From positions 62,001 to 122,517 of the IMG/VR virus record IMGVR_UViG_3300032038_000020: 60,517 nucleotides of DNA; one strand, 5' to 3'. The position numbers and the translations under genes were made by a program. The notes under the pieces are model-generated. The model was not told the origin of the DNA, searched no databases, and was given only the letters and a program-made list of their open reading frames with translations. Within the stretch, counting starts at the first letter, position 1. Every line of letters begins with the position of its first letter. Source of the DNA: an uncultured virus (IMG/VR IMGVR_UViG_3300032038_000020). Lineage: Duplodnaviria; Heunggongvirae; Uroviricota; Caudoviricetes. Of this stretch, positions 29,588 through 39,709 are shown piece by piece.

Positions 29588-30307
29588 ATGAACGCTAACC
29601 GTAAGAAAGCTGAACTTTTGATCTATAAGGCCTTTGATGCTATAGATCCTACTCATGCTAACTCAGACTTCTATAAACAACTGTTCGCTGGAATGACAGA
29701 TGAGCAGTTCCTTAACTTCTGTAAGAGAAGGCTTCCCCTTAGATTACAAACTTCAGCATTTGAAAGGGAACTTACCCCAGAGAAGTGTCTTAAGGGACTC
29801 AAAGCTATAAACGTACCATTGATGGAGAAAGTGGTTAATCCGCAACTCTATGTAAACAAAGATGGTGTTCCTGTAGGAGGAGAATATGAGGCCTTCGTAG
29901 TATATCTGAACATCCCTAAGCTCAAACAGTTCGCTACTAAGAAGAGTGGTTATAACACCAACATCGATACTCGTAACCCTAAGACTGGACAGATCGTAGG
30001 TAACAGTAAGGGTATCGAGAGTGATAGAGAGCTTGAGAGTTTGGTACTTCAAGGACTCGATGATACTATCAAAGAAGTTACCAGAGCTAAGGCAGATGAT
30101 ATGGAAGCTAAGAACAAGATGTATACAATGATCAATACTACTGGTCAAGTATCATTGAAGGACTTAGAGAGTCCTAAGACTGCCCAGGTAGCTAGAACTA
30201 CAACAGATGTCTTCTTGATAGGAAGCTTTGTAATGACAAACCTGTTGGAAGAGGACTACATGACTCCATACACTCTGTCAATGAAAAAGAAAAGAATCGA
30301 GAAGTAA
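29588..30307 (+). CDS. RNA polymerase beta subunit, short C-terminal fragment (putative virion RNAP)
   Basis: KLKQFATKK...TGQ...ESDRELESLVLQGLDDTIKEVTRAKADD parallels RpoB C-terminal KL.H...TQQP...GEME...LQE.LT.KSDD. Confidence 0.72.
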   Translation: MNANRKKAELLIYKAFDAIDPTHANSDFYKQLFAGMTDEQFLNFCKRRLPLRLQTSAFERELTPEKCLKGLKAINVPLMEKVVNPQLYVNKDGVPVGGEYEAFVVYLNIPKLKQFATKKSGYNTNIDTRNPKTGQIVGNSKGIESDRELESLVLQGLDDTIKEVTRAKADDMEAKNKMYTMINTTGQVSLKDLESPKTAQVARTTTDVFLIGSFVMTNLLEEDYMTPYTLSMKKKRIEK

Positions 30308-30343
30308 AGGAATGCCCCACCCCGTGAAGGGGTGGGGATTTGA

Positions 30344-30745
30344 TCAGTAGATGCTAATGTGCTTCTTGCTTGTGTCGCTATAGGTAATAACTATATCTCC
30401 TCGCCTTACTCTCTCGAATACATCTGAGAGGTCCGAAGGAATAATATCAAGTCTTGTTATTAGCCACGCAAGATGCATGGCTTCTTCTTTTCCGTTTTTC
30501 ACTGCGCTTATGAAAAACGGAAAACTTCTTTCAAGCTTTTCGTTTTTCGCTAGCACGAATTTCTCGGTCATCCACTTTTCAATGACCTCATTATCCGTAC
30601 CAAAAACGGCATCCATCAACTTAACGGTCATTTCCCTGTTGTTGTCGTTTAAATAGTTGCATGCCATTGCGACCATTAATTGGTCTGAGGAGCAGCAAAG
30701 ATACTCATCAAAATCTTTCCAGCATGCTCTGATAGTTGTTGTCAT
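30344..30745 (-). CDS. hypothetical protein
   Basis: ATG after GGAGGAGG. Confidence 0.75.
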   Translation of the reverse strand: MTTTIRACWKDFDEYLCCSSDQLMVAMACNYLNDNNREMTVKLMDAVFGTDNEVIEKWMTEKFVLAKNEKLERSFPFFISAVKNGKEEAMHLAWLITRLDIIPSDLSDVFERVRRGDIVITYSDTSKKHISIY

Positions 30746-30747
30746 AT

Positions 30748-31080
30748 TTATTCCTCCTCCCAAACAGAATATTCGTTATCGAAGTCTTTAGACTCCTTGA
30801 TTGTTGTCAGTATCTTCTTGCATATGGTTCTGACCTCTGCCATCTTTTTGGCAGTGTAATAGTCGAACTGTGTGAGTTTCGATACTTCTCCCAGGAGTCC
30901 GCAGACTCCAAATTTGTTCATCCAAAAGAGGTCTTCAAAGTGCATCGATACCTCTCCTGGAACGTTTTCATATTCTCTTTTCAGACTTGTTGCGATATAA
31001 TATGCATCGTCTTCAGAAATGAGCTTCTTAGTAAGAACAAATTTCATAAGAGCTTCTGTGTTTTCATAATTCCATGCCAT
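30748..31080 (-). CDS. hypothetical protein
   Basis: 110 aa ORF, GAAAGG RBS. Confidence 0.75.
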   Translation of the reverse strand: MAWNYENTEALMKFVLTKKLISEDDAYYIATSLKREYENVPGEVSMHFEDLFWMNKFGVCGLLGEVSKLTQFDYYTAKKMAEVRTICKKILTTIKESKDFDNEYSVWEEE

Positions 31081-31287
31081 GATAAAACCTACCTTTCATC
31101 AGTTCCTACTCTAGCGAGCTCCTACCTTTCCTCTTAGGATCATAGTCTTTTGCCGAGTAGCAAGCCAAGAACGTCAGAACTTTTCTGAACTCTTATCTTG
31201 ACTCACTATGATGATATACATTCGAAACCACCTACTTTTACAAAACAAAAAAGAACGGACTTGTCAAGATCCGTTCTCATCTCATCA

Positions 31288-31683
31288 TTAGGTTGACTCT
31301 TTGTCGAGTATCTCAATAGCCTTATAGAGATCGTCATATACTTTCTTGATCATATCTGTAAGTTCTTTACAAGCATCGTAGTCGTTACTGTTGTACTCCA
31401 GATTGAAGTCTTCTGGGAGACTGAGCCTCTTGATGCCACTCATCCCCATGTCTACTAAAGGTGCCATTGCATCATAATAAGTGATTGATGCTTCTGCATC
31501 TAAGCTACCTATAGCGCCAAGATAGTGACTTGCTATCGTATAATAGATCTTATCCTTGGCACACTGTGCCTTCCAGTGTCTATCGAGAGTAGTTCCATCA
31601 TATTCGAAGTTATCGAACATGCTGTCTGCGGAATCATTCTTAATAGACATAAATACCGATACAAGTTTCTTTACCTTAATCAT
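31288..31683 (-). CDS. hypothetical protein
   Basis: 131 aa, AAGGAGG RBS. Confidence 0.75.
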   Translation of the reverse strand: MIKVKKLVSVFMSIKNDSADSMFDNFEYDGTTLDRHWKAQCAKDKIYYTIASHYLGAIGSLDAEASITYYDAMAPLVDMGMSGIKRLSLPEDFNLEYNSNDYDACKELTDMIKKVYDDLYKAIEILDKEST

Positions 31684-31743
31684 GGTTTAGTCCTCCTTCT
31701 TAAAAAGAAACCGTGGCTAATTGCCACGGTTTCATGTTTAGTT

Positions 31744-33330
31744 TTACTGCTGGTCTTCAGTTGTTTCGACTCTGATGTCGATATCACCGCTACAAGCTTC
31801 AATTATAGGCCTTATAGCAGAGGCTACATTAGCAGTCTTGATGATCAGTGTAGGTCTCTGCTGATAGATGTCGATCGCTGTATTCTGCTTTCTTGTAACT
31901 TCATCGTACCAAGCTTGGCTATGTCTAGCTATGGTATCGAGTCTGTCAGTTTCTCCTGTCGAAGTGAGCATATCGCCATCATGGAAGAGAGTGAATACTA
32001 CATCTTTTACGTCGAATCCGATGTAGTCGGCTACCATCTTAGCTATTGCTTTGATAGTGGTGTTTATGTTTTCCTTCTTGATATTCTCAAGATTGAAGCC
32101 TGTAGGCTTACAAACTGCTAAGCCTTTCCTGATCACGTAATCCTCAAGATTCTTGTAGAGCTTTCCGTTGTAATCGGCATGCTCATCCTTTACAAGATTG
32201 TAAAGCTGCCAGAAAGCGGCACGCTCTTTTTCCTCGTACATCATCTCCCATATAGAAGTGATGAGCGATTCTGGGTAAGCGTCATTACCATGACGTTTCT
32301 TGTAATCATCCCTAAGGATGTCTCTGATTCTGGCTACAACTCTGTTATAACCATAATCGGAATAGGATGTGGAATCTACAGTTACCTCGGTCTTACCATT
32401 GGTATTCTTGAACTTTTCAAGTGTGTCCTTATGGACTTTAAACTTGAAGGTAATATATTCGTCCTCTTCCTCCTGCTCGAGTACCTTGTCATTGATGTTG
32501 GGAAGGTTTATAACGCCTTTCTGGTAAAGGTACTTCTGAAGTGGAGCAGGATCAACTCCTTCTGATACTCCATTCAACGCTACCTCATACAGTCTGTCAT
32601 AGACTTCTTTATCCATTAAAGTATATATAGGTTCATCAAGTGCACCTACTGGATAGTCAAGTAATGGGCTATCTATATAAATAATACGTAGCACTCTTCT
32701 TAAGCCGTCCATGACTTTTCCGAATGAATCTGCAGATTCAAATTTTCCCGCATCAACTCTTATAGTGGTTGTATCGATGGGATTGCCATTGGCGTCAGTG
32801 CAATTACAGAAGAGAGCATCATTCTTGAAGTTTTCTCCTCTAAAGAGCTCACAAATACCCTCGCCAATGTCTTTTATATCTACTCCCCACTCCTTCTTAG
32901 GCCATGTGAACTGAAGATTGAGTGTATTTACCTCAGTTTCTTTAGCACTGTTGTCAATACCTTTAAGTGTACGATATACATCTAATGCGCTTTTCGCAGT
33001 CGCAGGTTCCGATGTAGCTGGTATATACTGCTTATTTACAATAAGCTCGAACATTCTCACGAAGTCTGCCTTGAACGTGTTCAGCAGGCGGCAGAATGAG
33101 AAGAATTCCTTGATAGAAGGAAGTCTTTTTTCGTCAAGAAGCTCAAGATGCTTCTTTCTGTACTGCGACGAAGATGCCGCTATTATTTTCGACAGTCCAT
33201 ACTTATCTGTATGTGCTATCGCACATGCTGTTTCTACAAACAGTCTGGGAGTCATTTTCACAATTCTTCCGTCTCTGTCAACAGTTGTGAAATCGATTAT
33301 ACCGTTATTCTGCTTCTTATCTCTATACAT
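31744..33330 (-). CDS. hypothetical protein
   Basis: Start reassigned to ATG 33330 after GAAAGGA. Confidence 0.8.
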   Translation of the reverse strand: MYRDKKQNNGIIDFTTVDRDGRIVKMTPRLFVETACAIAHTDKYGLSKIIAASSSQYRKKHLELLDEKRLPSIKEFFSFCRLLNTFKADFVRMFELIVNKQYIPATSEPATAKSALDVYRTLKGIDNSAKETEVNTLNLQFTWPKKEWGVDIKDIGEGICELFRGENFKNDALFCNCTDANGNPIDTTTIRVDAGKFESADSFGKVMDGLRRVLRIIYIDSPLLDYPVGALDEPIYTLMDKEVYDRLYEVALNGVSEGVDPAPLQKYLYQKGVINLPNINDKVLEQEEEDEYITFKFKVHKDTLEKFKNTNGKTEVTVDSTSYSDYGYNRVVARIRDILRDDYKKRHGNDAYPESLITSIWEMMYEEKERAAFWQLYNLVKDEHADYNGKLYKNLEDYVIRKGLAVCKPTGFNLENIKKENINTTIKAIAKMVADYIGFDVKDVVFTLFHDGDMLTSTGETDRLDTIARHSQAWYDEVTRKQNTAIDIYQQRPTLIIKTANVASAIRPIIEACSGDIDIRVETTEDQQ

Positions 33331-33346
33331 AATTAACTTCCTTTCG

Positions 33347-34102
33347 TTATTCGGACTCTGTATCAGAGTCATTGTCATTCTTTTTACATTCGATTGTGCC
33401 GTCGTCATTGACGATCAGCTCACATTTGTCATATTCGACGCCTGTGTTTATACAGTTCGCTTTATAAGCATCTGTGATATTCAGAAGCATCGACATGATG
33501 GCAAAGTCTATCACATCTGGTGATTTTAACATTGCCACTGTATTATTTCGGAGCGACTCGTAAGCCTTTGCTCCAGACTCGTCGTACATGAAACAGCTCC
33601 ATGTACCATCGATGGCGCTGTCAGTATGACTTATACAAAGGGGTGTAATACACTTCCATATAGGAAGATCCCTCTTTGCATTCTTTGGTGCTTTCGCTGT
33701 ATAAAACTCTATTCGCACCATGTCGGTGACAAGGATATCTCCAAACAGGTCTCCATCCTTGAACTTCTTTATTCTTTCTGCTCTGTTCGGTAAGGGAATG
33801 AAAGATATTCTGGTTCTATACTTTCCCTTATAGAGCAGATTGCCACTACTTATTGTAGATAGCGGCTCATACTGGATCGGGTTCCAGATAAGATTCTTAA
33901 TCGCTTCTGTTCTCGTCCAGTTTATCGAAGTTAGCATTGACTGAGTATCACTTGGAATCATGCTTGGTTCCAAAGAATCAGTCAATCTATTCTTCTGCTT
34001 TTGGATCTCTTCGGTAAGTTCCCAAACTTCCTTAGAGAATGATTGTTTGATGAGATTGTCTTCATCGTAGAAGATCATATCATCAAGTAGATTCATGAGC
34101 AT
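33347..34102 (-). CDS. hypothetical protein
   Basis: 251 aa, AAAGGAGG RBS. Confidence 0.8.
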   Translation of the reverse strand: MLMNLLDDMIFYDEDNLIKQSFSKEVWELTEEIQKQKNRLTDSLEPSMIPSDTQSMLTSINWTRTEAIKNLIWNPIQYEPLSTISSGNLLYKGKYRTRISFIPLPNRAERIKKFKDGDLFGDILVTDMVRIEFYTAKAPKNAKRDLPIWKCITPLCISHTDSAIDGTWSCFMYDESGAKAYESLRNNTVAMLKSPDVIDFAIMSMLLNITDAYKANCINTGVEYDKCELIVNDDGTIECKKNDNDSDTESE

Positions 34103-34264
34103 ATGTATACTCCTCCTTTCATATAAGATTTATACACAACAGTCAAAGGAGTGGTGCAAGTGGCCGTTGTATATACATCTTAATAGTATGTAACCCATGT
34201 ATATTTTATCAGTTCATTCTGCAAACCATACAGTAATCACTATTGTACCGAAGGAGGTGCTATT

Positions 34265-34402
34265 ATGGAAGATAAGAACTACGGAGTGCTTAACGAACAA
34301 GGCTATGTAGGAGCTAAACTCGGTTTCACTCCTCTCAACGAACAGGACTCTAAGGCTACTGAAGCTGAGAAGAAGGAGTCCGAAAACAAGGACAAGGAAT
34401 AA
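34265..34402 (+). CDS. 45-aa charged peptide (MEDKNYGVLNEQGYVGAKLGFTPLNEQDSK...), not in ORF track
   Basis: AAGGAGG RBS, AACC-N6-TA motif at 34224, directly upstream of the tubulin gene. Confidence 0.75.
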   Translation: MEDKNYGVLNEQGYVGAKLGFTPLNEQDSKATEAEKKESENKDKE

Positions 34403-34422
34403 TATCCCAAAGGAGGATCACC

Positions 34423-35763
34423 ATGCTTAGATCATTCACATTCGGTTGTGGTCAGGGTGCTACAAAGGCAATGATTACGGCCATTGACAATGGTGTACTT
34501 GATAAGGGTAGATGTGTAGTAGTTAACTCTACGATCAAAGATGTCCCTTCAGAGTACAGACCTACTGCTATCATCATCTCAGACGATCCTGACGCAGGTT
34601 GTGGTAAAGTAAGAGACGCAGCGCGTGCGTTGATGAATGACTTTATCAAGGTTAACCCAAACTATCTCGAGGAACTTATCCCCGAAGATACAGACTATGT
34701 AAATATTATCACCACTTCAGAAGGTGCTTCTGGTAGTGGTTCTTCTGTAGTACTTGCTCAGTACATCAGTAACTCTATTCAGCTTCCTGTTATCATTACA
34801 CTGATCACAGGCTTCGAGTCTGATGTAAGAGGTCTTCAGAACACTATCAACTACTTCAGAGACCTTAAGGGTGCTAACTGCGGAATCATCACTGTATCAA
34901 ACAGACGTTTCCTCAATGAAGCTAACGGCAATATCTTCGTTGCAGAGAAGCTTGCTAATGAGGATATCTCTAAAACACTCTCTATCGTCGGAGCTCAGGG
35001 TCTTATAGACTGCGAGCAGAACATCGATGATACAGATCACTACAAGATTATCACCAATCCTGGTGTAGTCTTCGCTGGTGAAGTTGAAGTGTCAGACCGT
35101 ATCAAGAATGCCGAACAGTTCAACAAGCTTGTTGGCGATATGATCGACAATACTACTTCACTTGACTTCGAGCCTTCTGCTACTAAGGTAGGTATCTACA
35201 TGAACATACCTGAGGAGACTATAGAAGTACTCGATACTTCATTCTCTATCATCAAGAAGAAGCTCTGCTGGAATGGCTTCCAGGAGTTCTTCATCCACAG
35301 ACAGTATAATCCTAAGCAGAAGAGTTTCATCAGAGTCATTGCTTCGGGTATCAACATGCCTAAGGCTGAACTGATGAGCATGTACGACAAGTTCGAGAAG
35401 TCTACCAACCAGATGAACGCTGCAGAGGATGACTTCTTCGATACTCTTGGTAAACTTGAGACTAATGCACAGCTGGAGAAGAAGGTTGAAAGAGATGATT
35501 CATTTCTTGACTCCTTCGCAACAGCTTCTAGCGATGAAGCTAGCGCAGTCTTATCGAGAAATAAGAGGAAGTCGGGTGTTAAGCTCGGCACATCAAAGCA
35601 CTCGGCACCTGAGAAAGTTTCAGACACAACTGATAAGGTTGCTGATGAAGAAGTGAAAAAGAATCCTCTTACTACCAACGGTAAGACTCAGATAAATCCC
35701 AAACACTCTATGGGTACTAACAAGCATCTCACAGAGTTCTCGGAAGAGGGAATCAACAAGTAA
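34423..35763 (+). CDS. tubulin/FtsZ-family GTPase (PhuZ/TubZ-like)
   Basis: FGCGQGA (T1), VVVNS (T2), DAGCGK (T3), SEGASGSG (degenerate GGGTGSG), NIDDTD (T7); disordered C-terminal tail. Confidence 0.82.
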   Translation: MLRSFTFGCGQGATKAMITAIDNGVLDKGRCVVVNSTIKDVPSEYRPTAIIISDDPDAGCGKVRDAARALMNDFIKVNPNYLEELIPEDTDYVNIITTSEGASGSGSSVVLAQYISNSIQLPVIITLITGFESDVRGLQNTINYFRDLKGANCGIITVSNRRFLNEANGNIFVAEKLANEDISKTLSIVGAQGLIDCEQNIDDTDHYKIITNPGVVFAGEVEVSDRIKNAEQFNKLVGDMIDNTTSLDFEPSATKVGIYMNIPEETIEVLDTSFSIIKKKLCWNGFQEFFIHRQYNPKQKSFIRVIASGINMPKAELMSMYDKFEKSTNQMNAAEDDFFDTLGKLETNAQLEKKVERDDSFLDSFATASSDEASAVLSRNKRKSGVKLGTSKHSAPEKVSDTTDKVADEEVKKNPLTTNGKTQINPKHSMGTNKHLTEFSEEGINK

Positions 35764-35888
35764 AAGGACGAGGGTGGATAAGCTCCACCCTCTAATTCTA
35801 CCCGCAGTAAGACTTTATAGTTTTCGAAACTATTCAATACAGGAGTACTTAGAGTGCTCATAATCGATCCAATCAAGGAGGAATAGTT

Positions 35889-37148
35889 ATGTTATTAACA
35901 GAAATGTTCAGGAACGCCGTTAAGGATTCCAAGGACTATGGCATGAAAACTGAGGCAGTGTTTGACGTTCAGTACAGCACTGGCTTCCCAAACGTTGACT
36001 ACCTTAATGGTCAGATCATAAGAGTAACAGACACAAACAGAGGTATAGAGTTCGAGTACGATAGCGTAGGCATCGTAGACGGCTCAATCAATATGGTAAT
36101 CGGTCGTTCTGGATGTGGTAAGTCCACATTCATCAAGCAGGCTGCAGGTAATATAATCAGAGGATTCGACAAGGGTGCTATCTTCGAAGATAGTATCGAA
36201 GGCGGCATTACTCGTCGTCGTGATGAGATCCTCACAGGTATGACACCAGAAGAGCTCAACACAAAGATGATCGTTCGTAATGCAGGTATCAGTACTGAGA
36301 CTTTCTATAAGTCTATCAAGATCATCTACGATAAGAAGACAGAGCATGCAGATGAATTTACCTATGATACTGGTAAGTTTGACAGTAGAGGTAACCGTAT
36401 CTACAAGATGCAGCCAACAGTATACATTCTTGACTCACTAGCTATGCTGATGCCTGAGAAGATGACTCAGGAAGAAGAGCTTAGTGGACAGATGTCTACT
36501 ACAGCGGCTGCTAAGATGATAGCTACTACAATGAGAAGAATAGTTCCTCTCTGTAAGGCAGCTAATATCATCGTCTTCATCGTTAACCATATCACCCAGA
36601 AGATTGAGATCAATGCGTTTACTCATTCTAAGGGTCAGAATATCTATCTTAAGCAGGATGAGACTTGTCCTGGCGGTGTAACTCCGTTCTATATCGCAAA
36701 CAATATCTTCAGACTTGATGATAACACCAAGCTTACTGAAGATAAGGGACTTGGTATCTCTGGTAATCATGTACTGATCACTATGGTTAAGTCTCGTACT
36801 AACCGTGCAGGTGCAAGTACAGATATGATCTTCAATCAGGATATCGGCTTCGACGTAATTCTCACTCTTTACAATATGCTCAACGACAACGGCTTCATCA
36901 AGGGTGCAGGTGCTTACCTTTACATCGACGGCTATCAGGACGTTAAGTTCGCTCAGAAGAACTTCAAGAAGAAACTCTTTGAGAATGAAGAGTTTAAGAA
37001 TGTCTTCCTCGATACTTGTACTAAGGTTCTCCACAATATGCTCCATAGACTTGATAGTGCTACTGACGATGAGTTCATTAAGGCTACTGGTATTACTCAG
37101 GAGCTCTACATGAGACTCAACAGTAGAGAAGAAGATATCGTAGCATAA
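35889..37148 (+). CDS. recA: RecA/UvsX-like recombinase
   Basis: GRSGCGKS, YILDSLA, IVNHI, PGG, KSR. Confidence 0.85.
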   Translation: MLLTEMFRNAVKDSKDYGMKTEAVFDVQYSTGFPNVDYLNGQIIRVTDTNRGIEFEYDSVGIVDGSINMVIGRSGCGKSTFIKQAAGNIIRGFDKGAIFEDSIEGGITRRRDEILTGMTPEELNTKMIVRNAGISTETFYKSIKIIYDKKTEHADEFTYDTGKFDSRGNRIYKMQPTVYILDSLAMLMPEKMTQEEELSGQMSTTAAAKMIATTMRRIVPLCKAANIIVFIVNHITQKIEINAFTHSKGQNIYLKQDETCPGGVTPFYIANNIFRLDDNTKLTEDKGLGISGNHVLITMVKSRTNRAGASTDMIFNQDIGFDVILTLYNMLNDNGFIKGAGAYLYIDGYQDVKFAQKNFKKKLFENEEFKNVFLDTCTKVLHNMLHRLDSATDDEFIKATGITQELYMRLNSREEDIVA

Positions 37149-37161
37149 ATCAAAGAGTTGT

Positions 37162-37171
37162 TATATACTAT
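37162..37171 (+). promoter_or_regulatory. early-type promoter motif TAYATAYTAT (representative; about 13 copies)
   Basis: Plus copies at 4113, 9200, 15624, 19517, 37162, 42047; minus copies at 625-634, 2875-2884, 22644-22653, 29518-29527, 31211-31220, 34183-34192, 54355-54364. Confidence 0.65.
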
Positions 37172-37229
37172 GGATTGGAGAGGGTCCCACACTCTCTCCA
37201 GTTCGTATCTTTAAAGGAGGATCACACTT

Positions 37230-39461
37230 ATGAAAATCGAACAGAACCCAAAACTTGACCAAGCATTTGCTGAAGTCTATGCGTCTAATCGTCCGATAGA
37301 TCAGATGCTTGGTAGATCAGGACTCCAGATATGTGAGTCCCTGAATTCATCTTCAAGAAAGATAATGCATTCCAACCAGAAGAAACAAGCTAAGTGTCCG
37401 AAGGAACCAGAGGTTCCTCTTGCTGGTACTGGAATAGAGAACCGTTATGGACACAAATCATCGGCATTCTTACAGTCTAATGAAGCACAGACTGTAATAG
37501 CCAAGATAAGTAGATACTCTATGTACCCAGACCATGAGTACTATCTTATCCTTAAGAACGAACACAACGAGCTCAATATGGTGACTCGTAAAGTTTGTCA
37601 GCACAACACCGAGACATTCGGTTTCCTTTGGAACAATGATTACATCGATTCTCTTCAGGAGGATGATGTCATTCCTAAAGGAACAGTGTATAAGAAAAGC
37701 ACCAGTTTCGATGAGTACAATAACTACAAAGCTGGTGTAAATGCGCTTGCTACTTATGCAAGCCTTCCTCAGACTACAGAAGACCCTGTTATCATAAGAC
37801 AGGGATTCCGTAAGAAACTCAGCTCTCCAGAGTTTAAGAGTATAACCGTTAAGTTAAACGACAACGATGTATTCTTAAATCTGTATGGAGACGAAAACGT
37901 CTATAAGGCTTTCCCAGATCTCGGTGAAGAGACTAAGAACGGTATACTCTGTTCTATAAGAAAAGCCAATTCAGACAACTCAGCGTTTACCTTATCTAGA
38001 GACTCACTCAGAAATATAACTATCTCTGATGAGACTATAGTTCCCAAAGAAGGTAAAGTCATAGACATAAAAGTCTATTCTAACAAGCAGATAGCCCCAG
38101 GACGTGAGGATGGAGAACTCTACAACGTCTTTGAGGGTCAGCTTAGAATGTACGTTGATGAAGAGAACCGTTTCGCTAGACAGTTTGTCGAAGCTATGGC
38201 TAACTACATCAACAACAAGGACTACAAGGTATCTTATGAGCTGGAAGAGATGTACTATAACTGTCAGGGTAGACTTGAAGGAAAGCAGTTTATCGAAGAT
38301 GGTAAGATCACCAGCAATATAGTTATAGAGTTCCTTGTATACTGCGATCACAATATATCTATAGGTGATAAGCTTGCTAACCGTAATGGAGGTAAAGGCG
38401 TTATCGCTGATATATGGCCAGATGAAATGATGCCAAAACTTCCAGATGGAACACCTATCGACATTATATGGGATGAGAGTACTTGTGTAAACCGACTCAA
38501 TATAGCTCAGCTCTCAGAACTGTCTATCAATCGTATTGGTAGAGGAATCCTCGACTATATCAACTTGGGTGTACTTGATACTGCACAGATATGTGGAATA
38601 CTCACAGACTTCTATAGAGAGCTTTCACCAGATCTTGCAGACTTCTTCCAGAAGACTCTTGAGTGTTGTGAGACTGATCAGGAACTTATTACGCTCGTAG
38701 AGTCATTCTTATATCCTACTGAAGGGCCTAGAGGAATCTATACTTCCCTTCTTCCTATCAGTGAGTGCGTAGACTTCGATAAGATCAGAAAGATCTATGA
38801 GAAGTTCTCATATATCAAGCAGGAATATCTTCAGGTACCTATACAGAACTCAGATGGTACTTATCGTTATACATGGTCTAATAAACCATCTACGGTAGGT
38901 GAACAGTTCATATACATCCTCAAGCAGGAAGCTGAAGAGAAACACTCTGCTACTTCTGCATCTTCGACTAATATCAAGGATGAGAACAGCAAGAGTAAAG
39001 AGTCTAAGGAGTACAGATGTGCTATCACTAAGACTCCAGTTAAGTGGGGAGAGATGGAGACAATGATCTTCCTCCACTGTAGCTCAGAGACTGTAGTAGT
39101 CAACGCTATGCTGATGTCTCTGTCTCCTAGAGCACGTAGAAGTGTCATGGACATGCTTCTCGGAGATCCGTATCATATCGATATCCATATCGACATGGAT
39201 GCTCGTAACAGATCTGCAGAAAAGGTACAGGCTATTATGAAGGGTATGGGACTTAGACTAAAGTTTAAGAAGATACCTATAGTCAAAAAGCCAGTATTCG
39301 AGATGGCAGAACAGAAGATGCTCTTCGAAATAGTTCCGCAGAAGATGCTTTTTGAGCAGATACCTCAGAAGATGCTCTTCGAACCTATGGAGATGAAACC
39401 TCTGTTCGAGCCAGTAAAGCAGGAATTACTTTTCAAACCACTTTGGTTATGCAAAGACTAA
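37230..39461 (+). CDS. RNA polymerase beta subunit, C-terminal half (putative non-virion RNAP)
   Basis: SSSRKIMHSNQKKQ, EDPVII, GDKLANRNGGKGVI, MMP..PDG.PIDII, NRLNIAQL, KWGEME. Confidence 0.9.
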   Translation: MKIEQNPKLDQAFAEVYASNRPIDQMLGRSGLQICESLNSSSRKIMHSNQKKQAKCPKEPEVPLAGTGIENRYGHKSSAFLQSNEAQTVIAKISRYSMYPDHEYYLILKNEHNELNMVTRKVCQHNTETFGFLWNNDYIDSLQEDDVIPKGTVYKKSTSFDEYNNYKAGVNALATYASLPQTTEDPVIIRQGFRKKLSSPEFKSITVKLNDNDVFLNLYGDENVYKAFPDLGEETKNGILCSIRKANSDNSAFTLSRDSLRNITISDETIVPKEGKVIDIKVYSNKQIAPGREDGELYNVFEGQLRMYVDEENRFARQFVEAMANYINNKDYKVSYELEEMYYNCQGRLEGKQFIEDGKITSNIVIEFLVYCDHNISIGDKLANRNGGKGVIADIWPDEMMPKLPDGTPIDIIWDESTCVNRLNIAQLSELSINRIGRGILDYINLGVLDTAQICGILTDFYRELSPDLADFFQKTLECCETDQELITLVESFLYPTEGPRGIYTSLLPISECVDFDKIRKIYEKFSYIKQEYLQVPIQNSDGTYRYTWSNKPSTVGEQFIYILKQEAEEKHSATSASSTNIKDENSKSKESKEYRCAITKTPVKWGEMETMIFLHCSSETVVVNAMLMSLSPRARRSVMDMLLGDPYHIDIHIDMDARNRSAEKVQAIMKGMGLRLKFKKIPIVKKPVFEMAEQKMLFEIVPQKMLFEQIPQKMLFEPMEMKPLFEPVKQELLFKPLWLCKD
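39283..39450 (+). repeat. 27-bp-period coding tandem repeat (QKMLFE-type nonapeptide, six copies)
   Basis: CAGAAGATGCTYTTYGA three times plus degenerate copies; KKPVFE/QKMLFE/QKMLFE/QKMLFE/MKPLFE/QELLFK. Confidence 0.85.
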
Positions 39462-39532
39462 TACAATGATATAATATAGAAGGGTATGATGGTGAAAGCC
39501 ATCATACCTAACTTATGAAAGGAGGTGTTAGT

Positions 39533-39709
39533 ATGACACAGATCGTAGATAGTATAATGCTTATAGTGCTCTTCTGTTTAGCAATTGCTATAATGATCGC
39601 AATGTTAGTATGCTTTGCGAAGATCGCTATAGTACCAATCGATGATGAAGATGAAGAATGGGATGATGAAACCCCAGATTCTCTTCAGGCTGAAAGGAGT
39701 GGAAACTAA
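39533..39709 (+). CDS. small single-pass membrane protein with acidic tail
   Basis: Hydrophobic stretch then DDEDEEWDDE; AAAGGAGG RBS. Confidence 0.7.
   Translation: MTQIVDSIMLIVLFCLAIAIMIAMLVCFAKIAIVPIDDEDEEWDDETPDSLQAERSGN

Noticed and set aside
31096..31102. Hammerhead core CUGAUGA on the minus strand
   Set aside because: No stem II or properly placed GAAA/UH; the sequence overlaps the RBS
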